Below, piece by piece: positions 26,187 through 40,000 of a stretch of DNA of 64,000 nucleotides. Origin of the DNA: Eledone cirrhosa (Eukaryota). The stretch spans positions 246,512,001-246,576,000 of the forward strand of contig OZ024740.1 in the NCBI GenBank assembly GCA_964016885.1. The letters run 5' to 3'. The notes under the pieces were generated by a model that was not told where the DNA came from, did no database searches, and worked only from the letters and a program-made list of their open reading frames with translations. Made by a program: the position numbers and the translations under genes. Position 1 is the first letter of the stretch; each line of letters begins with the position of its first letter.

Positions 26187-27748
26187 GTATATTGTGTTTA
26201 TTTTATATTAATAATTGTTTCTACTTTTGGCACAAGGCCAGCAATTATCCCTGTGCATTACTGGTACTTTATTTTATCGACCCCGATACTGTGATTTATA
26301 CTTTTTGATATCATATTTATATTTTTCATTGTCGATTCATTTCGCCTTTTCTAAGAAATAGGTATTTTCTTTTTTTTATTTTATTTTTAGGTTATGGAGT
26401 AGGAACTAGACTTCTTGTATTCTTTATCTTGTAATCGTTTCGCTCTTTTTTTAATAGCTTAGTATTTTTTCTTGACTATTAATTTGGTTTTCTATGTTAT
26501 GTTGTGAAACATGTTGTGAAACATGATTCTCAACCAGTGTGCCGCCAGTTCTTCCTAAGTGTGCCGCGAAACTTTGAACAGCACACTAAGAAAACGCGAT
26601 AAAACCACGTGATCCAAATTGAGTATTCACAGTCTGTGGTGTAATATGTTGCACCACATAGCTTTGTTCATTTAGGGATGAGCGAAATGTTTCCAAATGT
26701 CGCAATGCTAAAAATTCTATATCTTTTATTGTTTCGTTCGTCATTAGTATTGATCATTTGAATGGATATTGGTCAATACTTGTCTTAAACCGGAAGAAAA
26801 AAAATGTATTATATCATGCATCTTTTTTTCACTTTATGGTAGAATCTACCTCTAAAACTGAGACAAATGATATATTTCTTTTTCATCTAGTCCTAATTTT
26901 TGCTGAGATATGACCAAAAATGGTTGAAAAATAGCGTAATATTTGAGAAAATCCAAATAAGCTATGAAGATGAGTTTTACATTTTTAGAATCAGAAAACC
27001 AGTCATTGTATGGTAACTGAAGCCCTTTTTTTGATATTTTGGAAAAAAAACTTTTTATCGTCATTAGTGTGTTTGACAGTAAAAAAACTGAAAAAATCGC
27101 ATTTTTTAAAATAAAAGTGACTATAACATTTTTTTCAAGACAGAATTAAAAGTAAATCTTCTCTCGCGATGAATGAAGCAACTATTAAAAGGAAGGTCAC
27201 CTCAAAATTTCAAGGAAATCTATCGAGTATATTTTCTGGAAAGAGCTTTGAAATTTTGAGAAGTACCCATTTTGAGAAAATTGCTTGTAAAGATTAGAAA
27301 CACAAATGGCAGCTTCTACTTCTGTTTCGGAACAATCTATGGATGTTTCCGATGATTTAGCTCAGAATTCTTTGGTTCATGCTACTTAATGAGTCCATGT
27401 TAGCTTCCATTTACATATATTTTGTCTTTCTTCATCTCTATATGGCATAATTTCTTAATTTTCTGGTGGATTATCTCATCGGAAGAGTGAGTTTGGCCGC
27501 CATGTTTACATTGTGATGGGGGAAGGAGTGGTCCGTGATGTGCTGGACCAATCAACGGGCTCGATTCGCCGAGTGTTGCCGAAAAGGAGGTTCGATGTGT
27601 ATTTGCTTGTTCAATATGGGTCGATTTTCTGGCTTTTTACACCGGAGAGGTCCAGTGTTTCATCATCTTATGCTAATGAGGATATAGTAGAGGTCTGTAG
27701 CTGTCTACTGGTGTGTGGAACATAGCAAATATGGCGGATTTTTTAACA

Positions 27749-27929
27749 ATTTTATTACAATTTTCAACTTCTTATATATGTGTTAGGCTTCTCAACATAA
27801 AACAACATCAAAAACAAGAGGCGTGAGAGATTACGTACAACGAAAGAAGAAATGAGGGTGTGTCTGCCTCATATTCGACCAAACATTGAGGAAATTTTGA
27901 ATAAAAGCCAGGCACAAATTTCTCACTAA
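27749..27929 (+). pseudogene. hAT Charlie/Buster transposase C-terminal remnant
   Basis: ILLQFSTSYIC/LGFST*NNIKNKRRERLRTTKEEMRVCLPHIRPNIEEILNKSQAQISH* (one frameshift, one stop) matches the LLPFxTTYLCExGFS..IKTKxRNRL..MRVxLSxIxPxI...QAQxSH* end of Charlie/Buster (ZBED5/ZBED8/SCAND3-like) transposases. Confidence 0.88.
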
Positions 27930-28023
27930 AGAAGCCAGCTATTTGACTGATGAAATTCGAAACACTGCAATAAAGTAAGTTCATAGCTGTGTGTTTCTTT
28001 ATTTAGTTTCAGTCATTCTATGT

Positions 28024-31000
28024 GTCTATGACTAGTCTGTGTCTACGGTTGTATGCCGTCCATGACTAGTCTGTGTCTACTGCTGTATACCGTCTATGCC
28101 TAGTCTGTGTCTACGGTTGTATGCCGTCTATGACTAGTCTGTGTCTACGGTTGTATGCCGTCTATGACTAGTCTGTGTCTACTGCTGTATACCGTCTATG
28201 CCTAGTCTGTGTCTACGGTTGTATGCCGTCTATGACTAGTCTGTGTCTACGGTTGTATGCCGCCTATGCCTAGTCTGTGTCTACGGTTGTATGCCGTCTA
28301 TGACTAGTCTGTGTCTACGGTTGTATGCCGTCTATGACTAGTCTGTGTCTACGGTTGTATGTCGTCTATGACTAGTCTGTGTCTACGGTTGTATGCCGTC
28401 TATGAATAGTCTGTGTCTACGGTTGTATGCCGTCTATGACTAGTCTGTGTCTACTGCTGTATACCGTCTATGCCTAGTCTGTGTCTACGGTTGTATGCCG
28501 TCTATGACTAGTCTGTGTCTACGGTTGTATGCCGTCTATGACTAGTCTGTGTCTACGGTTGTATGCCGCCTATGCCTAGTCTGTGTCTACGGTTGTATGC
28601 CGTCTATGACTAGTCTGTGTCTACGGTTGTATGCCGTCTATGACTAGTCTGTGTCTACGGTTGTATGTCGTCTATGACTAGTCTGTGTCTACGGTTGTAT
28701 GCCGTCTATGAATAGTCTGTGTCTACGGTTGTATGCCGTCTATGACTAGTCTGTGTCTACTGCTGTATACCGTCTATGCCTAGTCTGTGTCTACGGTTGT
28801 ATGCCGTCTATGACTAGTCTGTGTCTACGGTTGTATGCCGTCTATGACTAGTCTGTGTCTACGGTTGTATGCCGCCTATGCCTAGTCTGTGTCTACGGTT
28901 GTATGCCGTCTATGACTAGTCTGTGTCTACGGTTGTATGCCGTCTATGACTAGTCTGTGTCTACGGTTGTATGCCGTCTATGCCTAGTCTGTGTCTACGG
29001 TTGTATCCCGTCTATGACTAGTCTGTGTCTACGGTTGTATGCCGCCTATGACTAGTCTGTGTCTACGGTTGTATGCCGTCTATGCCTAGTCTGTGTCTAC
29101 GGTTGTATGCCGTCTCTGACTAGTCTGTGTCTACGGTTGTATGCCGTCTATGACTAGTCTGTGTCTACGGTTGTATGCCGTCTATGACTAGTCTGTGTCT
29201 ACAGTTGTATGCCGTCTATGACTAGTCTGTGTCTACGGTTGTATGCCGTCTATTACTAGTCTGTGTCTACGGTTGTATGCCGTCTATGACTAGTCTGTGT
29301 CTACGGTTGTATGTCGTCTATGACTAGTCTGTGTCTACAGTTGTATGTCGTCTATGACTTGTCTGTGTCTACGGTTGTATGCCGTCTATGACTAGTCTGT
29401 GTCTACGGTTGTATGCCGTCTATGACTAGTCTGTGTCTACGGTTGTATGCCGTCTATGACTAGTCTGTGTCTACGGTTGTATGCCGTCTATGACTAGTCT
29501 GTGTCTACGGTTGTATGCCGTCTATGACTAGTCTGTGTCTACGGTTGTATGCCGTCTATGCCTAGTCTGTGTCTACGGTTGTATGCCGTCTATGACTAGT
29601 CTGTGTCTACAGTTGTATGCCGTCTATGACTAGACTGTGTCTACGGTTGTATACCGTCTATGCCTAGTCTGTGTCTACGGTGGTATGCCGTCTATGACTA
29701 GTCTGTGTCTACGGTTGTATGCCGTCTATGCCTAGTTTGTGTCTACGGTTGTATGCCGTCTATGACTAGTCTGTGTCTACGGTTGTATGCCGTCTATGAC
29801 TAGTCTATGTCTACGGTTGTATGCCGTCTATGACTAGTCTGTGTCTACGGTTGTATGCCGTCTATGCCTAGTCTGTGTCTACGGTTGTATGCCGTCTATG
29901 ACTAGTCTGTGTCTACGGGTGTATGCCGTCTATGCCTAGTCTGTGTCTACGGTTGTATGCCGTCTATGACTAGTCTGTGTCTACGGTTGTATGCCGTCTA
30001 TGCCTAGTCTGTGTCTACGGTTGTATGCCGTCTATGACTAGTCTGTGTCTACGGTTGTATGCCGTATATGACTAGTCTGTGTCTACGGTTGTATGCCGTC
30101 TATGACTAGTCTGTGTCTACGGTTGTATGCCGTCTATGACTAGTCTGTGTCTACGGGTGTATGCCGTCTATGACTAGTCTGTGTCTACGGTTGTATGCCG
30201 TCTATGACTAGTCTGTGTCTACGGTTGTATGCCGTCTATGACTTGTCTGTGTCCACGGTTGTATGCCGTCTATGACTAGTCTGTGTCTACGTTTGTATGC
30301 CGTCTATGACTAGTCTGTGTCTACGGTTGTATGCCGTCTATGACTAGTCTGTGTCTACGGTTGTATGCCGCCTATGCCTAGTCTGTGTCTACGGTTGTAT
30401 GCCGTCTATGACTAGTCTGTGTCTACGGTTGTATGCTGTCTATGACTAGTCTGTGTCTACGGTTGTATGCCGTCTATGACTAGTCTGTGTCTATGGTTGT
30501 ATGCCGTCTATGCCTAGTCTGTGTCTACGGTTCTATGCCGTCTATGACTAGTCTGTGTCTACGGTTGTATGCCGTCTATGCCTAGTCTGTGTCTACGGTT
30601 GTATGCCGTCTATGACTAGTCTGTGTCTACGGTTGTATGCCGTCTATGACTAGTCTGTGTCTACGGTTGTATGCCGTATATGACTAGTCTGTGTCTACGG
30701 TTGTATGCCTTCTATGCCTTGTCTGTGTCTACGGTTGTATGCCGTCTATGACTAGTCTGTGTCTACGGTTGTATGCCGTCTATGACTAGTCTGTGTCTAC
30801 GGTTGTATGCCGTCTATGACTAGTCTGTGTCTACGGTTGTATGCCGTCTATGACTAGTCTGTGTCTACGGTTGTATGCCGTCTATGACTAGTCTGTGTCT
30901 ACGGTTGTATACCGTCTATGACTAGTCTATGTCTACGGTTGTATGCCGTCTATGACTAGTCTGTGTCTACGGTTGTATGCCGTCTATGATTAGTCTGTGT

Positions 31001-34000
31001 CTACGGTTGTATACCGTCTATGACTAGTCTATGTCTACGGTTGTATGCCGTCTATGACTAGTCTGTGTCTACGGTTGTATGCCGTCTATGACTAATCTGT
31101 GTCTACGGTTGTATGCCGTCTATGCCTAGTCTGTGTCTACGGTTTTATGCCGTCTATGACTAGTCTGTGTCTACGGTTGTATGCCGTCTATGACTAGTCT
31201 GTGTCTACGGTTGTATGCCGTCTATGACTAATCTGTGTCTACGGTTGTATGCCGTCTATGACTAGTCTGTGTCTACGGTTGTATGCCGTCTATGACTAGT
31301 CTGTGTCTACGGTTGTATGCCGTCTATGCCTAGTCTGTGTCTACGGTTTTATGCCGTCTATGCCTAGTCTGTGTCTACGGTTGTATGCTGTCTATGACTA
31401 GTCTGTGTCTACGGTTGTATGCCATCTATGACTAGTATGTGTCTACGGTTGTATGCCGTCTATGACTAGTCTGTGTCTACGGTTGTATGCCGTCTATGAC
31501 TAGTCTGTGTCTGCGGTAGTATGCCGTCTATGACTAGTCTGTGTCTACAGTTGTATGCCGTCTATGACTAGTCTGTGTCTACGGTTGTATGCTGTCTATG
31601 ACTAGTCTGTGTCTACGGTTGTATGCCGTCTATGACTAGTCTGTGTCTACGGTTGTATGCTGTCTATGCCTAGTCTGTGTCTACGGTTGTATGCCGTCTA
31701 TGACTAGTCTGTGTCTACGGTTGTATGCCGTCTATGCCTAGTCTGTGTCTACGGTTGTATGCCGTCTATGACTAGTCTGTGTCTACGGTTGTATGCCGTC
31801 TATGACTAGTCTGTGTCTACGGTTGTATGCCGTATATGACTAGTCTGTGTCTACGGTTGTATGCCGTCTATGCCTTGTCTGTGTCTACGGTTGTATGCCG
31901 TCTATGACTAGTCTGTGTCTACGGTTGTATGCCGTCTATGACTAGTCTGTGTCTACGGTTGTATGCCGTCTATGACTAGTCTGTGTCTACGGTTATATGC
32001 CGTCTATGACTAGTCTGTGTCTACGGTTGTATGCCGTCTATGACTAGTCTGTGTCTACGGTTGTATGCCGTCTATGCCTAGTCTGTGTCTACGGTTGTAT
32101 GCCGTCTATGACTAGTCTGTGTCTACGGTTGTATGCCGTCTATGACTAGTCTGTGTCTACGGTTGTATGCCGTCTATGACTAGTCTGTGTCTACGGTTGT
32201 ATGCCGTCTATGCCTAGTCTGTGTCTACGGTTGTATGCCGTCTATGACTAGTCTGTGTCTACGGTTGTATGCCGTCTATGACTAGTCTGTGTCTACGGTT
32301 GTATGCCGTCTATGACTTGTCTGTGTCTACGGTTGTATGCCGTCTATGACTAGTCTGTGTCTACGGTTGTATGCCGTCTATGACTAGTCTGTGTCTACGG
32401 TTGTATGCCGTCTATGACTAGTCTGTGTCTACGGTTGTATGCCGTCTTTGACTAGTCTGTGTCTACGGTTTTATGCCGTCTATGACTAGTCTGTGTCTAC
32501 GGTTGTGTGCCGTCTATGACTAGTCTGTGTCTACGGTTGTATGCCGTCTATGACTAGTCTGTGTCTACGGTTGTATGCCGCCTATGCCTAGTCTGTGTCT
32601 ACGGTTGTATGCCGTCTATGACTAGTCTGTGTCTACGGTTGTATGCCGTCTATGACTAGTCTGTGTCAACGGTTGTATGCCGTCTATGACTTGTCTGTGT
32701 CTACTGTTGTATACCGTCTATGACTAGTCTGTGTCTACGGTTGTATGCCGTCTATGCCTAGTCTGTGTCTACGGTTGTATGCCGTCTATGACTAGTCTGT
32801 GTCTACGGTTGTATGCCGTCTATGACTAGTCTGTGTCTACGGTTGTATGCCGTCTATGACTAGTCTGTGTCTACAGTTGTATGCCGTCTATGACTAGTCT
32901 GTGTCTACGGTTGTATGCCGTCTATGACTAGTCTGTGTCTACGGTTGTATGCCGTCTATGACTAGTCTGTGTCTACGGTTGTATACCGTCTATGACTAGT
33001 CTATGTCTACGGTTGTATGCCGTCTATGACTAGTCTGTGTCTACGGTTGTATGCCGTCTATGACTAGTCTGTGTCTACGGTTGTATGCCGTCTATGACTA
33101 GTCTGTGTCTACGGTTGTATGCCGTCTATGACTAGTCTGTGTCTACGGTTGTATGCCGTCTTTGACTAGTCTGTGTCTACGATTTTATGCCGTCTATGAC
33201 TAGTCTGTGTCTACGGTTGTGTGCCGTCTATGACTAGTCTGTGTCTACGGTTGTATGCCGTCTATGACTAGTCTGTGTCTACGGTTGTATGCCGCCTATG
33301 CCTAGTCTGTGTCTACGGTTGTATGCCGTCTATGACTAGTCTGTGTCTACGGTTGTATGCCGTCTATGACTAGTCTGTGTCTACGGTAGTATGCCGTCTA
33401 TGACTAGTCTGTGTCTACAGAAGTATGCCGTCTATGACTAGTCTGTGTCTACGGTTGTATGCTGTCTATGACTAGTCTGTGTCTACGGTTGTATGCCGTC
33501 TATGACTAGTCTGTGTCTACGGTTGTATGCTGTCTATGCCTAGTCTGTGTCTACGGTTGTATGCCGTCTATGCCTAGTCTGTGTCTACGGTTGTATGTCG
33601 TCTATGACTTGTCTGTGTCTACGGTTGTATGCCGTCTATGCCTAGTCTGTGTCTACGGTTGTATGCCGTCTTTGACTAGTCTGTGTCTACGGTTTTATGC
33701 CGTCTATGACTAGTCTGTGTCTACGGTTGTATGCCGTCTATGCCTAGACTGTGTCTACGGTTGTATGCCGTCTATGACTAGTCTGTGTCTACGGTTGTAT
33801 ACCGTCTATGACTAGTCTATGTCTACGGTTGTATGCCGTCTATGACTAGTCTGTGTCTACGGTTGTATGCCGTCTATGACTAGTCTGTGTCTACGGTTGT
33901 ATGCCGTCTATGACTAGTCTGTGTCTACGGTTGTATGCCGTCTATGACTAGTCTGTGTCTACGGTTGTATGCCGTCTTTGACTAGTCTGTGTCTACGATT

Positions 34001-37000
34001 TTATGCCGTCTATGACTAGTCTGTGTGTACGGTTGTGTGCCGTCTATGACTAGTCTGTGTCTACGGTTGTATGCCGTCTATGACTAGTCTGTGTCTACGG
34101 TTGTATGCCGCCTATGCCTAGTCTGTGTCTACGGTTGTATGCCGTCTATGACTAGTCTGTGTCTACGGTTGTATGCCGTCTATGACTAGTCTGTGTCTAC
34201 GGTAGTATGCCGTCTATGACTAGTCTGTGTCTACAGTTGTATGCCGTCTATGACTAGTCTGTGTCTACGGTTGTATGCTGTCTATGACTAGTCTGTGTCT
34301 ACGGTTGTATGCCGTCTATGACTAGTCTGTGTCTACGGTTGTATGCTGTCTATGCCTAGTCTGTGTCTACGGTTGTATGCCGTCTATGCCTAGTCTGTGT
34401 CTACGGTTGTATGTCGTCTATGACTTGTCTGTGTCTACGGTTGTATGCCGTCTATGCCTAGTCTGTGTCTACGGTTGTATGCCGACTTTGACTAGTCTGT
34501 GTCTACGGTTTTATGCCGTCTATGACTAGTCTGTGTCTACGGTTGTATGCCGTCTATGCCTAGTCTGTGTCTACGGTTGTATGCCGTCTATGACTAGTCT
34601 GTGTCTACGGTTGTATGCCGTCTATGACTAGTCTGTGTCTACGGTTGTATGCCGTCTATGACTTGTCGGTGTCTACGGTTGTATGCCGTCTATGACTAGT
34701 CTGTGTCTACGGTTGTATGCCGTCTATGCCTAGTCTGTGTCTACGGTTGTATGCCGTCTATGACTAGTCTGTGTCTACGGTTGTATGCCGTCTATGCCTA
34801 GTCTGTGTCTACGGTTGTGTGCCGTCTATGACTAGTCTGTGTCTACGGTTGTATGCCGTCTATGACTAGTCTGTGTCTACGTTTGTATGCCGTCTATGCC
34901 TAGTCTGTGTCTACGTTTGTATGCCGTCTATGACTAGTCTGTGTCTACAGTTGTATGCCGTCTATGACTAGTCTGTGTCTACGGTTGTATGCCGTCTATG
35001 ACTAGTCTGTGTCTACGGTTGTATGCCGTCTATGACTAGTCTGTGTCTACGGTTGTATGCCGTCTATGCCTAGTCTGTGTCTACGGTTGTATGCCGTCTA
35101 TGACTAGTCTGTGTCTACGGTTGTATGCCGTCTATGACTAGTCTGTGTCTACGGTTGTATGCGGTCTATGACTAGTCTGTGTCTACGGTTGTATGCCGTC
35201 TATGACTAGTCTGTGTCTACGGTTATATGCCGTCTATGACTAGTCTGTGTCTACGGTTGTATGCCGTCTATGACTAATCTGTGTCTACGGTTGTATGCCG
35301 TCTATGCCTAGTCTGTGTCTACAGTTGTATGCCGTCTATGACTAGTCTGTGTCTACGGTTGTATGCCGTCTATGACTAGTCTGTGTCTACGGTTGTATGC
35401 CGTCTATGACTAGTCTGTGTCTACGGTTGTATGCCGTCTATGACTAGTCTGTGTCTACGGTTGTATGCCGTCTATGACTTGTCTGTGTCTACGGTTGTAT
35501 GCCGTCTATGACTAGTCTGTGTCTACGGTTGTATGCCGTCTATGACTAGTCTGTGTCTACGGTTGTATGCCGTCTATGACTAGTCTGAGTCTACGTTTGT
35601 ATGCCGTCTATGCCTAGTCTGTGTCTACGGTTGTATGTCGTCTATGACTTGTCTGTGTCTACGGTTGTATGCCGTCTATGCCTAGTCTGTGTCTACGGTT
35701 GTATGCCGTCTTTGACTAGTCTGTGTCTACGGTTTTATGCCGTCTATGACTAGTCTGTGTCTACGGTTGTATGCCGTCTATGCCTAGTCTGTGTCTACGG
35801 TTGTATGCTGTCTATGACTAGTCTGTGTCTACGGTTGTATGCCATCTATGACTAGTCTGTGTCTACGGTTGTATGCCGTCTATGACTAGTCTGTGTCTAC
35901 GGTTGTATGCCGTCTATGACTAGTCTGTGTCTACGGTAGTATGCCGTCTATGACTAGTCTGTGTCTACAGTTGTATGCCGTCTATGACTAGTCTGTGTCT
36001 ACGGTTGTATGCTGTCTATGACTAGTCTGTGTCTACGGTTGTATGCCGTCTATGACTAGTCTGTGTCTACGGTTGTATGCCGTCTATGACTAGTCTGTGT
36101 CTACGGTAGTATGCCGTCTATGACTAGTCTGTGTCTACAGTTGTATGCCGTCTATGACTAGTCTGTGTCTACGGTTGTATGCTGTCTATGACTAGTCTGT
36201 GTCTACGGTTGTATGCCGTCTATGACTAGTCTGTGTCTACGGTTGTATGCTGTCTATGCCTAGTCTGTGTCTACGGTTGTATGCCGTCTATGACTAGTCT
36301 GTGTCTACGGTTGTATGCCGTCTATGCCTAGTCTGTGTCTACGGTTGTATGCCGTCTATGACTAGTCTGTGTCTACGGTTGTATGCCGTCTATGACTAGT
36401 CTGTGTCTACGGTTGTATGCCGTCTATGACTAGTCTGTGTCTACAGTTGTATGCCGTCTATGACTAGTCTGTGTCTACGGTTGTATGCCGTCTATGACTA
36501 GTCTGTGTCTACGGTTGTATGCCGTCTATGACTAGTCTGTGTCTACGGTTGTATACCGTCTATGACTAGTCTATGTCTACGGTTGTATGCCGTCTATGAC
36601 TAGTCTGTGTCTACGGTTGTATGCCGTCTATGACTAGTCTGTGTCTACGGTTGTATGCCGTCTATGACTAGTCTGTGTCTACGGTTGTATGCCGTCTATG
36701 ACTAGTCTGTGTCTACGGTTGTATGCCGTCTTTGACTAGTCTGTGTCTACGATTTTATGCCGTCTATGACTAGTCTGTGTCTACGGTTGTGTGCCGTCTA
36801 TGACTAGTCTGTGTCTACGGTTGTATGCCGTCTATGACCAGTCTGTGTCTACGGTTGTATGCCGCCTATGCCTAGTCTGTGTCTACGGTTGTATGCCGTC
36901 TATGACTAGTCTGTGTCTACGGTTGTATGCCGTCTATGACTAGTCTGTGTCTACGGTAGTATGCCGTCTATGACTAGTCTGTGTCTACAGTTGTATGCCG

Positions 37001-40000
37001 TCTATGACTAGTCTGTGTCTACGGTTGTATGCTGTCTATGACTAGTCTGTGTCTACGGTTGTATGCCGTCTATGACTAGTCTGTGTCTACGGTTGTATGC
37101 TGTCTATGCCTAGTCTGTGTCTACGGTTGTATGCCGTCTATGCCTAGTCTGTGTCTACGGTTGTATGTCGTCTATGACTTGTCTGTGTCTACGGTTGTAT
37201 GCCGTCTATGCCTAGTCTGTGTCTACGGTTGTATGCCGTCTTTGACTAGTCTGTGTCTACGGTTTTATGCCGTCTATGACTAGTCTGTGTCTACGGTTGT
37301 ATGCCGTCTATGCCTAGTCTGTGTCTACGGTTGTATGCCGTCTATGACTAGTCTGTGTCTACGGTTGTATGCCGTCTATGACTAGTCTGTGTCTACGGTT
37401 GTATGCCGTCTATGACTTGTCGGTGTCTACGGTTGTATGCCGTCTATGACTAGTCTGTGTCTACGGTTGTATGCCGTCTATGCCTAGTCTGTGTCTACGG
37501 TTGTATGCCGTCTATGACTAGTCTGTGTCTACGGTTGTATGCCGTCTATGCCTAGTCTGTCTCTACGGTTGTGTGCCGTCTATGACTAGTCTGTGTCTAC
37601 GGTTGTATGCCGTCTATGACTAGTCTGTGTCTACGTTTGTATGCCGTCTATGCCTAGTCTGTGTCTACGGTTGTATGCCGTCTATGACTAGTCTGTGTCT
37701 ACAGTTGTATGCCGTCTATGACTAGTCTGTGTCTACGGTTGTATGCCGTCTATGACTAGTCTGTGTCTACGGTTGTATGCCGTCTATGACTAGTCTGTGT
37801 CTACGGTTGTATGCCGTCTATGCCTAGTCTGTGTCTACGGTTGTATGCCGTCTATGACTAGTCTGTGTCTACGGTTGTATGCCGTCTATGACTAGTCTGT
37901 GTCTACGGTTGTATGCCGTCTATGACTAGTCTGTGTCTACGGTTGTATGCCGTCTATGACTAGTCTGTGTCTACGGTTATATGCCGTCTATGACTAGTCT
38001 GTGTCTACGGTTGTATGCCGTCTATGACTAATCTGTGTCTACGGTTGTATGCCGTCTATGCCTAGTCTGTGTCTACGGTTGTATGCCGTCTATGACTAGT
38101 CTGTGTCTACGGTTGTATGCCGTCTATGACTAGTCTGTGTCTACGGTTGTATGCCGTCTATGACTAGTCTGTGTCTACGGTTGTATGCCGTCTATGCCTA
38201 GTCTGTGTCTACGGTTGTATGCCGTCTATGACTAGTCTGTGTCTACGGTTGTATGCCGTCTATGACTAGTCTGTGTCTACGGTTGTATGCCGTCTATGAC
38301 TTGTCTGTGTCTACGGTTGTATGCCGTCTATGACTAGTCTGTGTCTACGGTTGTATGCCGTCTATGACTAGTCTGTGTCTACGGTTGTATGCCGTCTATG
38401 ACTAGTCTGAGTCTACGTTTGTATGCCGTCTATGCCTAGTCTGTGTCTACGGTTGTATGTCGTCTATGACTTGTCTGTGTCTACGGTTGTATGCCGTCTA
38501 TGCCTAGTCTGTGTCTACGGTTGTATGCCGTCTTTGACTAGTCTGTGTCTACGGTTTTATGCCGTCTATGACTAGTCTGTGTCTACGGTTGTATGCCGTC
38601 TATGCCTAGTCTGTGTCTACGGTTGTATGCTGTCTATGACTAGTCTGTGTCTACGGTTGTATGCCATCTATGACTAGTCTGTGTCTACGGTTGTATGCCG
38701 TCTATGACTAGTCTGTGTCTACGGTTGTATGCCGTCTATGACTAGTCTGTGTCTACGGTAGTATGCCGTCTATGACTAGTCTGTGTCTACAGTTGTATGC
38801 CGTCTATGACTAGTCTGTGTCTACGGTTGTATGCTGTCTATGACTAGTCTGTGTCTACGGTTGTATGCCGTCTATGACTAGTCTGTGTCTACGGTTGTAT
38901 GCTGTCTATGCCTAGTCTGTGTCTACGGTTGTATGCCGTCTATGACTAGTCTGTGTCTACGGTTGTATGTCGTCTATGACTTGTCTGTGTCTACGGTTGT
39001 ATGCCGTCTATGCCTAGTCTGTGTCTACGGTTGTATGCCGTCTATGCCTAGTCTGTGTCTACGGTTGTATGCCGTCTATGACTAGTCTGTGTCTACGGTT
39101 GTATGCCGTCTATGACTAGTCTGTGTCTACGGTTTTATGCCGTCTATGACTAGTCTGTGTCTACGGTGTATGCCGTCTATGCCTAGTCTGTGTCTACGGT
39201 TGTATGCCGTCTTTGACTAGTCTGTGTCTACGGTTTTATGCCGTCTATGACTAGTCTGTGTCTACGGTTGTATGCCGTCTATGCCTAGTCTGTGTCTACG
39301 GTTGTATGCTGTCTATGACTAGTCTGTGTCTACGGTTGTATGCCATCTATGACTAGTCTGTGTCTACGGTTGATTGCCGTCTATGACTAGTCTGTGTCTA
39401 CGGTTGTATGCCGTCTATGACTAGTCTGTGTCTACGGTAGTATGCCGTCTATGACTAGTCTGTGTCTACAGTTGTATGCCGTCTATGACTAGTCTGTGTC
39501 TACGGTTGTATGCTGTCTATGACTAGTCTGTGTCTACGGTTGTATGCCGTCTATGACTAGTCAGTGTCTACGGTTGTATGCTGTCTATGCCTAGTCTGTG
39601 TCTACGGTTGTATGCCGTCTATGACTAGTCTGTGTCTACGGTTGTATGCCGTCTATGCCTAGTCTGTGTCTACGGTTGTATGCCGTCTATGACTAGTCTG
39701 TGTCTACGGTTGTATGCCGTCTATGACTAGTCTGTGTCTACGGTTGTATGCCGTCTATGACTAGTCTGTGTCTACGGTTGTATGCCGTCTATGACTAGTC
39801 TGTGTCTACGGTTGTATGCCGTCTATGACTAGTCTGTGTCTACGGTTGTATGCCGTCTATGACTAGTCTGTGTCTACGGTTGTATGCCGTCTATGCCTAG
39901 TCTGTGTCTACGGTTGTATGCCGTCTATGACTAGTCTGTGTCTACGGTTGTATGCCGTCTATGACTAGTCTGTGTCTACGGTTGTATGCCGTCTATGACT

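Noticed and set aside
26499-26522. Target-site duplication for the hAT element
   Set aside because: ATGTTGTGAAAC is a local 12-bp tandem at the left end only and does not match the right flank (GTTCAAGG).
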